From: Azolla caroliniana
Lineage: Eukaryota > Plantae > Polypodiophyta
Assembly (NCBI GenBank): GCA_043228905.1
Contig: JBHGNT010000014.1
Coordinates: 7,936,001 to 8,000,000 of the forward strand
DNA: 64,000 bases
Direction: 5' to 3'
Shown: piece by piece, positions 34,452-46,403 of the stretch
How the letters are laid out: the number at the start of each line of letters is the position of its first letter
Position numbering within the stretch: position 1 is the first letter of the stretch
The notes under the pieces: model-generated
The model's database searches: none
What the model was told of the DNA's origin: nothing
What the model saw: the letters and a program-made list of their open reading frames with translations, nothing else
Translations under genes and position numbers: made by a program

Positions 34452-37400
34452 ATGGAAGATTCGTTGGGAGGCATGTTCAAGCTCACCGGCTCCAACTACT
34501 CAGTGTGGAAGTCGACGATGAGGGACATGCTCGTGGTTAAAGATCTATGGTTGCCAGTTCAGTTTGGGGACAAGAGACCGGACAAGATCGATGCCATAGT
34601 GCGGGAGGTGATACACATGAAGACGACGACATACATACGGTGCTTCATTGACATGAGCCTGTACAACAACTTCAATGAAGAGAGCAAGGCTCATGAGCTC
34701 TGGGAGAAGATCAACATTATGTTTCAGAACAAAAATGTTGTGAATCGGGTTTCGGTATTACGGAAGCTAGTGAGGCTCCGGTACCAAGATGGCTCCAGGA
34801 TGGCGGAGCACATGAATGCCTTCTAGGGACTGATACACCAAGCAACCTTGCTAGAAGTACCTCTCGCCAATGAGGTACTAGCACTGCTCTTGCTTGGTTC
34901 CCTCCCGGATAGTTGGGAGACGTTAGTTGTCACTTTCGGTAACGCCGGGCCGGAAGGGAAACAATTATCCCTAGCAAGAGTCAAGTCGAGCTTGCTAGAT
35001 AAGGAGGTGCGTCAGAAATACAAGGATACGAGCTCCGACTCCAAAGCACTCCTTACCGAATTGGAACGCGGAAGACAAAGGAACCGGAGTCCCCAGAGCC
35101 GGGAAAAGTTTGGGCCATGGTCAAAGTCAAGGGGAAGGCCCACTTGCTTCTACTGTGGGAAGCCGGGGCACTTCCAAAAGAACGGTCGGCATTTTCGGAA
35201 AGAGAAGGAAACCGACAGTACCGATTCGAAGCGGTCACCAGATCGGAACGGTAAAGACCGGAGGGGACCGGACCGGAAGGGAAAGACGGCAATCGCGGCA
35301 AGTGAAGAGGAGTTGATGCTCATCACCGAGGAGAGTGAGTTGAACCTTGCTGGCGACGAGACAACGTGGGTTGTCGATTCCGGAGCGTCGTTCTACCTGA
35401 CCCCGAACCGGAAATGCTTCTCATCCTACACCGTCGGTGAGCACGGTTGTGTCCGGATAGGGAATGAAGGGACATGCCGAATTATCGGCATACGAAATGT
35501 GTTGTTGACAACATCGACCGGATGCAAGTTGCTGCTGAAGGATGTCTGACACGTTCCTAAGCTTCGACTAAACCTGATATCAGTTGGTCGGCTAGATGAT
35601 GATGGCCACACCAGTAGCATCCGGAACTATGTCATGAAGTTCGGCAAGAGGAGCTTGATAGTGGCTCCGGCCCGGAAAGTCAACACGTTGTACTTGATGA
35701 ATGCCCGGTTATGCCAGGAAGAAGTGAACGTGGCATCCGACACTACCGGTCAGCTGTGGCACTAGAAACTGTGTCACATGAGCGAGAAGGGGATGAGGCT
35801 TGCCGATGACAACCTCATTCCGGTGAAGGAAGTGCAACTTGAGAGGTGCACCGACTGCTTGGATGGTAAGCAAAACCAGACCTCCTTCCAATCAAGGCCA
35901 CCGATGAGACGGAATGCACCACTGGAGCTGGTGCATACCGATGTGTGTCAAGTGGACACGAAGTCACATGCCGGAGCGCAGTACTTTGTGACATTCATAG
36001 ATGACCACAACCGGAAATTGTGGGCCACACCACTGAAGACAAAGGATTAGGTGTTATCCTTCTTCAAGGAGCTCCACGCAAGAGTGGAAAGAGAAACCGG
36101 CCAGAAGCTGAAGGCGGTTCGAGCAGATAACGGAGGAGAATACCGAGGGCAATTCGAGGAATACTGTTGCTCGAAGGGAATGCAGCTCAACTTTACCGTG
36201 CCGAAGACACCGGAACTAAACAGGCTGGCCGAGAGGATAAACCGGACCATAATGGAGAGGGTTCGAAGTACGCTAGCACATGCAAAATAACGCAAGAAGT
36301 TTTGGGCTGAGGCACTGTCGACAGTGACGTATGTGATCAATAGATCACCCTCAGTACCCTTGGACGGAGACACGCCGTAGAGAGTGTGGCCCGGTAAGGA
36401 AGTGGCTTACCGGCATCTGAAGGTGTTCGGGTGTCTCGCTTACGTGCATGTTGCAAAGGACCGGAGAGCAAAGTTGGATCCAAAGTTCCGGGCTTGCATA
36501 TTCCTAGGATATGGCGATGATGAGTTCGGCTACCGAGTGTGGGATCCGATCGACAAGAAGGTTTTCCGGTGTCGAGGTATTATCTTCATGGAGGACAAGA
36601 CCCTTGCCGATTGGGAGACGGAGAAGAAGATAATGAACTCCGAGTCAACCGGTAAGAATCAATTCGATGATGTGCAGACCCAACCGGTTAACACTCGAAA
36701 ACCGTCCGGTTACGGAGAGGACACCGAACTGGCAGAAGAAGAAGAGGAAGCAGGAACCGGAACCGACCAAGATCCCGAATCGGATTCAGATGAGGAACAA
36801 ACAGAGGAGCTAGTTTCCGGAAACCAAGGACATAGATATCCCCTCAAAGAGAGAAGGGCCCCTAGGAGATTTCTGGATGTAGAGCGTGTGTTGCTAACCG
36901 ATGAGGGGGAGCCGAAAAGCTTCGAAGAAGCAAAGGAAGACACCCATAGCTGCAAATGGTTGAGTGCCATGCAGGACGAGATGGATTCCCTGTATGAGAA
37001 CCACACGTATGAATTGGTGGAGTTGCCGAAAGGAAAGAGGGCACTCCGAAACAAATGGGTGTACAAGTTGAAACAGGGAGATGCTGGCAAACCCCCAAGG
37101 TACAAAGACAGGATCGTGGTGAAGGGGTTCCAATAGAAGAAGGGAGTGGACTTCGACGAGATATTTGCCCCGGTAGTGAAGATGCCTTCCATCTGGACGG
37201 TGCTAAGTAATGCGGCAAGCATGGACCTCAAGATAGAGCAGTTAGATGTGAAGACTGCGTTCCTCCACGGCGACCTCGAAGAGGAGATCTACATGCAACA
37301 ACCGGAGGGATTTGTGAAGAAAGGGAAGGAGCACCTAGTTTGTCCGTTGAAGAACAACCTCTACGGTTTGAAGCAGGCTCCTCGGCAATGGTACCGGATG

Positions 37401-38481
37401 TTTGACTCCTTCATCACGGATCAAGGATACCACAAGACGTAGGCCGATCACTGCGTGTTTGTGAAGAAGTTTGAAGGTGGAGACTTCCTGATACTCCTCC
37501 TGTACATGGACGACAAGTTGATCGTCGGACGAGACCAAGTCAAGATACGGACGCTCAAGAAGGCTCTGAACCGGACCCTTCTCAATGAAAAACTTGGGTC
37601 TGACAAGACAGATACTGGGGATGCATATCATCCGGGATGGGTCAAAGAAGCAATTGTAGCTGTCACACAAGAAGTACGTGACAAAGGTGCTTCAGCAGTT
37701 CAACATGTTAGTTAAGAAACCGGTCAGATCGACACTCCTGACAAACTACAGGTTATCCAGTGAGCAAAGCCCGAAGACGAAGGCAGAGAAAGCGGATATG
37801 ATGAAGATACCATATGCCTCTACCGTCGGGAGCTTAATGTACGCAATGGTGTGTACCCGACCGGATATCGGATACGCAGTCGGAGTGGTAAGCCAATTTA
37901 TGAGCAACCCCGGCAAGGAGCACTGGAATGCGGTAAAATGGATACTCCGGTACTTGAAAGGCACCTCAAGTATGTATCTCCGGTTTGGCTCTGGTAAACC
38001 CCAACTTGACGGTTTCACCGATTCGGATATGTCGACTTATGCGGATACCAGCCAGTCAACATCGGGATATGTTATGACATCTGCAGGGGGAGTTGTTTCA
38101 TGGCAATCTAGGCTGCAGAAGACGGTTGCATTGTCAACCACGGAAGCGGAGTACATGGTAGTTGTGGAAGCCGGCAAGGAAACATTGTGGATGAAGGACT
38201 TCATCGGAGAGCTAGGGATCCGGCAAGAGGAATACCGGCTCTATTGCGACAGTCAAAGTGCCATCCACCTTGCGAAGAATGCGGCGTATCTTTCTAGGAC
38301 GAAGCACATCCAACGGAGGTACCACTAGATCCGGGAGCGAGTGGAAGATCGAGAGTTCGTACTAACAAAGATTCACACAGAGGAGAACGGGTCGGATATG
38401 CTGACCAAGGCATTGACACCCGACAAGCTGGACACCTGCCGGAAGTGCATCGGACTGACGAGGCATCCCATGCCGGAGTGA
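34452..38481 (+). pseudogene. pol: gag-pol of H (gag, PR, IN, RT, RH), multiple stops
   Basis: FKLTGSNYSVWK, CFYCGKPGH, WVVDSGAS, HTDVC..FIDD..ADNGGEY, LDVKTAFLHG, LYMDD, ALSTTEAEY. Confidence 0.93.
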
Positions 38482-38491
38482 AGGGGGAGTT

Positions 38492-39050
38492 TGTTAGGAT
38501 TTCGGTCACTCATGATGGGATATGAGTACTTGGCAAGGAGGACTCGTAAGAACCAAATGATGCAGGCCCGGTGAGAACCTCTCACCGGATGAAGGGACAT
38601 ATATGGAAATATTTTTCTTAGAGCCCATTGGGGCTATATCTATAAATAGTCCTAAAGTCATATTAGTATAAATATGACCTAGGGCAGATAGAGTGCGTGT
38701 GTTGTCATTATTTTGTATAGAGTTATTGAGTGTAACGGTTGTACGAAGCGTAACAAAGAGAGAGAGAGAGAGAAACAGAGTAAGTCTCTGTTGTAACCGC
38801 TGCTAGGCGAAGAGTGTGAGGACGAGGTCGCTACCTCTGTGTTTACCTGTTGTATTCCTCTCAACATAGTGATGGTTTGGAGCCTGTGGGCTCCCGTGGT
38901 TTTTCCCGTTTAGGGTTTTCCACGTTAAAATCCTGTGTATTCTCTTCTGTTTGCGTACTTACTTCCATTTCTCATTTCTTCTGTGTTTGATTATCATTAA
39001 GTGATCTAAGTCTCGGTTGTGGCCGAAGATTATTCCGCATATTCTCTACA
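38492..39050 (+). repeat. Internal LTR of H (different subfamily from the outer LTRs)
   Basis: TGTTAGGATTTCGG...CTCTACA after the PPT; diverged from 33884 and 40981. Confidence 0.88.
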
Positions 39051-40970
39051 AAGGTGTTCCGGAGTCGAGATATTATCTTCAAGGAGGACAAGACCCTTGC
39101 CGACTGGGAGTCAGAGAAGAAGATAATGAACTCTGAGTTGACCGCTAAGGATCGGTTCGATGAGATACGGACCTACTCGGCTAAGAGCCAGTTGACACTC
39201 GAAGAACTGGCCGGTTACGGAGAGGAAACCGAACCGGCCGAAGAACGAGAGGAAGCTGAAACCGAAACTAGACAAGATCCCGAATTGGATTCGGATGAAG
39301 AACATGCGTAGGAGCCAGTTACCGAAAACCGAGGACGGAGATATCCTCTCCGAGAAAAAAGATCCCCGCAGAGATTTCCGGATGCAGATCATGTGTTGTT
39401 GACCGATGAGGGGGAGCCGGAAAGCTTCGAAAAAGCGAAGGATGACACCCATAGCCGCAAGTAGTAAAGTGCCATGCAGGATGAGATGGGTTCCCTGCAT
39501 GAGAACCACACGTATGAATTGGTGGAGTTGCCGAAAGGAAAGAGGGCACTCCGAAACCAGTGCGTGTACAAGCTGAAACCGGGAGATGCCGGCAACCCCT
39601 GGAGATACAAAGCCAGGATCATGGTGAAGGGGTTCCAGAAGAAGAAAGGCGAGGACTTCGACGAGATATTTTCCCCGGTAGTAAAGATGACTTCCATCCG
39701 AACGGTGCTGAGCATATCAGCAAGCATGGACCTCAAGGTAGAGCAGTTAGACGTGAAGATGGCATTCCTCCACGGCAACCTCAAAGAGGAGATCCAGATG
39801 TAGCAACCACAGGGATTTGTGAAGGCAAGGAGCGCCTAGTTTGCCGGTTGAAGAAGAGCCTCTACGGTTTGTAACAGGCTCCCCGACAATGGTACCGAAA
39901 TTTCGACTCCTTCATGACTGATCAAGGGTACCACAAGACGTAGGTTGATCACTACGTATTTGTGAAGAAGTTCGAAGGAGGAGACTTCCTGATACTCCTC
40001 CTATACATGAACGACATGTTGATCCTCGGACGAGACCAACTCAAGATACGGATGTTGAAGAAGGCTCTGAACCGGACCTTCTCAATGAAAGACTTGGGTC
40101 CGGCAAGACAGATACCGGGGATGCATATCATCCGGGACCAGTCAAAGAAGCAATTGTGGCTGTCACACAAGAAATACGTGACAAAGGTCCTTTAGCGGTT
40201 CAACATGTCAGATGCGAAACTGGTCGGATCGACACTCCCGGCAAACTGCAAGTTATCTGATAAGCAAAGCCCGAAGAGGAAGGCAGAGAAGGCGCATATC
40301 ATGAAGATACCATATGCCTCTGCCGTCAGGAGCTTAATGTACACAATCATGTGTACCCAACCGGATATCGGATATGCAGTCGGAGTGGTGAGTTGGTTCA
40401 TGAGCAATCCCAGCAAGGAGCACTGGAATGCGGTAAAATGGATACTCTGGCACCTCAAGTACGTGTCTCTGATTCAGCTCCGATAAACCCCAACTTGACG
40501 GTTTCACCGATTCGGATATGTCGGCTGATGTGGATACCAGCCGATCAACATCGAGATATGTTATGACATATGCAAGGGGAGCTATTTCGTGGCAATCAAG
40601 GCTGCCGAAGACGGTTGTGTTGTCAACCACGGAGGCGGAGTACATGGCGGCTGTGGAAATCGGCAAGGAAATACTATGGATGAAGGACTTCATCGAAGAG
40701 CTAGGGATCCGGCAAGAGGAATACCTGCTCTACTGCGATAGTCAAAGTGCCATCCATTTTGCAAAGAATGCGGCATATCATTCCAGGACAAAGAACATCC
40801 AACGGAGGTACCACTGGATTCGGGAGTGAGTGGAAGATCGAGAGTTCGTGCTGACGAAGATCCACACAGAGGAGAATGGGTGAGATATGTTGACCAAGGT
40901 GTTGACGCCCAACAAGCTAGATGCATGCCGGAAGCGAATTGGACTAACCAGATATCCCATGCCGGAGTGA
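39051..40970 (+). pseudogene. pol: Second copy of IN C-terminus, RT and RNase H
   Basis: Paralogous to ~36558-38481. Confidence 0.9.
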
Positions 40971-41557
40971 AGGGGGAGTTTGTTAGGATTTTGGTCCCTC
41001 TGGATCGGATGATGAAGGCCGGTGAGAACCGGATGATGTAGGCCCGGTAAGAAAGACCTGGTGAGAACCAGATGACACAGGCCCGGTGAGAATCTCTCAC
41101 CGGAAGAAGGGACATATATGTAAATATGTTTCTATTAGCCCATTGTGGCTATATTTGTAAATAGCTCGAAAGTCATATTAGTATAAATATAACCTAGGGC
41201 AAACACTTATGTGTTGTTTGTCATTATTAGTGTAACTGTTGTACAGAGCGTAACAGAGAGAGAGAGAGAGACCTGAACAGTCTCTGCTGTAACCGCCTAT
41301 TGGCGAAGATTGAGAGCACGAGGTCGTTGCCTCTATGCTCTTCCTATTGTATTCTTCAAGACATACTGATATTTTGGAGCTAGTGGGCTCCCGTGGTTTT
41401 TCCTGTTTAGGGTTTTCCACGTAAACATCCTGTGTACTCTCTCTTGTTCTATTGTTTGTGTGTATACATGCACTTCTTCCTATTCCCTCATTTTTTTGTG
41501 GTTAATTCTAAGACTCGGTTGTGGCCAAGAAATATTCCGCATATTCCTGTCAATGTA

Positions 41558-42010
41558 CACATCCCAAATGAAAGAAGAAAGATGAAAGCCGACGGAAGTC
41601 GGAAAAATGCATCCCTGTAGGATACTCGTCCGAGTAGAAAGGATACAAGTGCTTCAACCCTTCTACCTGAACGTTTCGGGTAAGTCGCGATATGGTATTT
41701 GACGAATTAACATCATGATATTAACCCGATTTGGTTCCATCCGGCCCGATTGAGGAAGAGTTTGATATCAATTCGGATGAGACATTTGGCCAAAGCATGG
41801 ACCACGGAAAAGTTCAAGCTCAACCATGATGAGCGGACCACAAGAGCCTCCAAGCAATGAAAGCATATCTCAACCAAGGGCTGGATCGGACAAAGGAAAA
41901 GATAAGATGCCTAAATATGAAGTGTACCACCCTAACGAAAGCGATTCAGGCGTGTCAGCTTGCTCACTAAACAGTGAGGTTGGTGTACCCATTATTCGGA
42001 CACTCAGTGC
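41558..42010 (+). pseudogene. pol: Continuation of copia G integrase C-terminal region
   Basis: KGYKCFNP, VSRDMVFDE, KGKDKMPKYE. Confidence 0.7.
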
Positions 42011-42216
42011 TCACATCAACAAATCAGAAGCTCTGATTCTCATCAAGAGAAAAGAATCTGGTCAATTGATTCGGCTACTCCCTTTCGGCTTTTCCATGTA
42101 AAATATCTTGTCTCTCTATACGTCTGTTTTCTTGTTTTTTGTCTGTGCACTATCTTTCTTGATCTTTGCAATTGCATATGCATACATGAAACCGGTTGTG
42201 GCTAGTCGATTCTCAA

Positions 42217-43996
42217 TAGTATGTGTGTGTGAAAGAGTAAGGAAGTTAAATGAGAGATAGAGGGGGAAAACACTTATGAACAATAAGACAAATGGGGAAT
42301 AATTGACAAGCCTGTAGGGTTGAAGACCTTTCTCTCTATTAATAAGCATCAAAATACAAAAATACCCACAATGTGGTATATATAGAACTCATGTGCAAGG
42401 GTGCACATGTGTGAGGAGAATATAAGTACAAGGATGTAAGTCCTATATTAACTAACCTTGGGAGTGGGGGATCTAGAATGTATCCCACTCAAGTACAAAA
42501 TCCTATTTAAGGGTTCAAAGTCAACATACTAACTAGATTCTATTTATGTAACTATTAAGTTACAGGATTAACTAAATAACTAAACCTAATTGAGCTTGAT
42601 ATCTCAACACGACCCCTCAAACTCAAACGTGAGGCGTCCGACGTCCGGTTTGGCTTTCAACATTGTTGGCTTCCATCCAACTTCCGGCTCATGTCGGCTC
42701 CTATCCGTCGGCTTCCTGATTTCGGCCTTTACAATAATGGTTGTTTTCAGTTCCTCCCCCACAAGCTCGTGACGAAGGTTTGGAGCGGTAAGTGGTTGAA
42801 GGCCGAGTGCCAGTGAAAACTGTTGAAGCTTGTCTGCTCCTAAGGCCTTGGTGAAGATATCAGTTGTCTGTTGATCAGTGCCAACGTGTTGGAGATCGAT
42901 ATTTCCCACAATGATGCGTTCCCTGATCCATGGTCCCACTAACGTATCGTAAGACTCGCTTAACACAATGCAAATGCTTGTCGCCTGGTGTTTGCATGAA
43001 TGACCTAAGGAGACCGACCAGATAGCTCAGGTCAAGTCGAGTGATAGTTCGGTAAACGTGACTCCCAATGATTTGCCGATATTGAGTCGGTTCACATGGT
43101 GTGCCAAAGTTGTGTGCAATTTCACATTGTGGTCGAGGGGATTCGATATTGCCTTGTGGCCCGTCATGCCAAACTTGGATAGAAGATTCAAGATGTAGAG
43201 GCGTTGGGAGATCATGATGTTGGTGTCGGTTTGGATGACCTCGATTCCCAAGAAGTAATGAAGTTCATTCATGTCTTTCATCTTGAACTTCCTGGAGAGT
43301 GGCATCTTGACTTTGTTGATGTAGGCTAGGTGTTCACCATCAATCACTAAGTCATCGACATTTATGATGATGAAGATCAGATCGATTGAGTTGCTTCAGA
43401 TAAACAGAAAATTGTCTGATTTAGACATTTGAAAGCCGATTCGATGCAAGAATTGCATGATCTTTGAATGCCAAGATTGTGGCGCTTGCTTGAAGTGGTA
43501 GAGGGGCTTCTTGAGTCGCCATATGGAATTCGTATGTGATGTCGACTTGAAGTCGGGTGGTTGTACTATGTAGACTTCCTCCTCTAGTTCGTCGTGGAGG
43601 AATGCATTCTTGACATCCATTTAGTGGAGATGCCACCCCTTCACCACTACAAGTGCAAGGAACATTTGAATCGTAGTCATCTTTGCCACCAGGGTAAAAG
43701 GTTTCTTCATAATCAATCTCATGGGTCTGAGCATAACCCGTTGTGACAAGTCGGGCATTGTATCGGTTGATGGAGGCGTTGGCATTTTGCTTGATCTTGT
43801 AAATCCATTGGCAACCAATCGCCTTTTTGTGTGGTGGAGGTGTGACAAGATCCCATGTATCGTTGTTGGCTAAAGCTTCATCTCTTCATCCATGGCTTCC
43901 ATCCATTGGGGGTCTCGTGCCACTTTTGTAAAGCTTTCTGACACTTGTTCAAACACTACTTTCATCATGAAGGCATAGTGATGTGCCATATACTCA
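42217..43996 (-). mobile_element. Truncated minus-strand copia M (J/K-related): 3' LTR ~42217-42609 plus RT-RNaseH remnant
   Basis: TGTTGAGATATCAAGCTCAA LTR start after a PPT on minus; MDVKNAFLH, KQAP, YFLGIEV, DIFTKAL. Confidence 0.75.
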
Positions 43997-44775
43997 TAGG
44001 AGCCCACATACTCTAAACAGAATGACTAAAGTAAGAGGAATACAACGAGAGGCTTCAAGGCAATGACCTTTGCTCTCCTTTGTCTAATTGATGGCGGTAG
44101 AGTTACAACTCTCACTCTCTCACTCACTCACTCAGTTACAGAGGTAACTACCAAAAATAATTGTTCAACAACTATACAATAATGATCATTCACACTTTCA
44201 TAATGATTTCCCTAGGTGTATTTATACTAGTTAATACAACATTCAAGACTATTTACAAATATAGCCCACAAGGGCACATTAACTTATTTATAGATATAGC
44301 CCTGAGTTGGCTTCTTCCAAATCAACTATTAGCCTAATCAATTCGGATTCGATTATTTGGCCACGACCGAATCGAACAATCGACCAAGTTGCTATCAACT
44401 GACTCAGTTCTCCCTTTTATTCAACTCGTGTTCCTCTTTAAATCCAGAGGGAACCATTTCCTAACAAACTCCCCCTTCACTCCGGCATGGGGAACTTCAC
44501 CAATCCGACTCATTGTTGGCACGCGTTCAACTTTGTTAGCATGTCCGACCCATTCTCCATTGTGTGCATCTTCACTAGAGCAAACTCATTTTTCTCTACT
44601 CACTCTCGGAGCATGTGGTATGTCCTCTGAATGTGCTTGATCATCGACTGGTAGGCAGCATTCTTCACAAGGTGGATAACACTTTGGTTATCGTAGTAGA
44701 GTTGGAATTCTTCTTGCTGAATTCCTAGCTCATTGATAAAATCCTTCATCCATATGACTTCCTTGCGTTCTCCAT

Positions 44776-45705
44776 TGTTGTGTGGTTCTTTACACACAAT
44801 ATGAAAAATAATGAAATATTATTTTAGATTAGTGTAATGTCTTTGTATGAAAAGATAGACATCTTCAAGAGCTTCTGAATGCATTTTACTACATATAAAA
44901 TGGACAACTAGATATCAACTTATGCAAATATGAAGCTTTAGAAGATGAGGGAATATAAGAACTTTAAGATATCCCACATAGATAGGAAACTTTTGGATCA
45001 AGCACTATATAAGTCGATCAAGACCAATTAGTTAATATTTGTGTGTTAGGAGCATAGAAGGAATGGTTGGACTTGGGCCAAACTATCCAGATGGATTGAT
45101 GTGGCCAAATTGTCCCAGAAAGATGGATGTATGTGGCTGAAAAGCTCGTAGTAGTTTTGGACCGGACCGGATCAAATCAGATCAAATTATGCACGAGTTG
45201 TAACTGAACATGGAGGCCATGCACAACTAAAGTAAACTTTATGAGGGACTAAAGTAAAGGTCATGTGGATGCATTGAATGGAACTGGAGATACAAACTAG
45301 AGTTCCTCATGCAAGTGTATCTTCGTGTGGTAGAACCCTAATTTTCCTTACGGAAGGCATATCTCTCACACAAACCCTAATTTTCCTTATGGAAGCCATA
45401 TCTCTCAAAAACCCTAATTTTCCTTACGAAAGCCGTATCTCTCACATAAACCCTAATTTTCCTTACGGAAGCCATATCTCTCAAAAACCCTAATTTTTCT
45501 TATCTATTAATCTCTTTAAAGCTAAACTTCCGTAATCCAATCTTGCGATAGATTCTAATTTTTCTTTTCCTTTGCTAATAAAATTTATTCAACTTTCTCA
45601 TTGTCGTTAGTTCCTAAAGTATAACCACACGAATTTGGTATCCTCTTGTTAGAGGCCTCGGGGTCCTGCCTCAAGTTCACGTATCTCTGTCGTATTTTCG
45701 TGACA
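44776..45705 (+). mobile_element. Solo LTR related to the element A LTR
   Basis: TGTTGTG...CGTGACA, flanks CCAT/CCAC, host RNase H rejoins; similar to 1-200. Confidence 0.8.
45333..45498 (+). repeat. Tandem repeat of 37/39-bp units, each with a telo-box-like AAACCCTAA
   Basis: AAACCCTAATTTTCCTTACGGAAGCCATATCTCTCA x4 plus a partial fifth unit. Confidence 0.92.
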
Positions 45706-46403
45706 CCACTACGGCCATATACGTGGCTTCTGTGGTTGAAACCACCACGGCCTTCTACAACCTCGACTACCATGAGACGACTCCCCCTACATAAGTCATT
45801 ACGTATCCGGACGTGGATCGGCTGGTATCCACATCAACCGACATGCCCGAATTAGTATAACCTTCCAATATGGGGTTACTTGAACCGAATTTGAGACACA
45901 CGCTCGAGGTACCTACCAGGTCCAAAGTATCCATTTGATCGCTGCCCAATGCTCTCTTCTGGGATTGCTCATATATCAGTTGACGACTTTGATAGAGTAT
46001 CCAATGCCCGACCTGGTGCAAACCATTGCATAGACGCATCCGATTGCTGAGGCATATGTGACTTTGCTCATCTCCTCCTTCTCCGTTTTCGATTTTGGAC
46101 ATTGACTTTTGGACAGTTTGGAAATTGTCGGTAGTGTTGAACCGACTAGTTTCAAATTCTGCATGTTGATCTCTTGAGCACCTTGTCACGTATTTTTCTT
46201 ATGAGGGCCACAACAATTTCTGTCCTATCCCCGACAATTTGCATTCCCAAGGTTTGCTTTGTCGGTCCCATATCCTTCATTGCAACCGACATGCTCAGCG
46301 CCTTCTTCAAAATTCCAATTTTCTTCGAGTCCTGTCCGACAATTAGCATCTCATCAACATACAACATGAGGATGAGAAAGTCTCTTCCATCATATTTCTT
46401 AAC

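Larger units (their letters stand above)
33884..41552 (+). mobile_element. Ty1/copia element H (Tork/Tnt1-like) with three LTRs and duplicated RT-RNaseH
   Basis: Perfect TSD ATGTA; LTRs 33884-34421, 38492-39050 and 40981-41552; iMet PBS; two PPTs GAGTGAAGGGGGAGTT. Confidence 0.92.
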
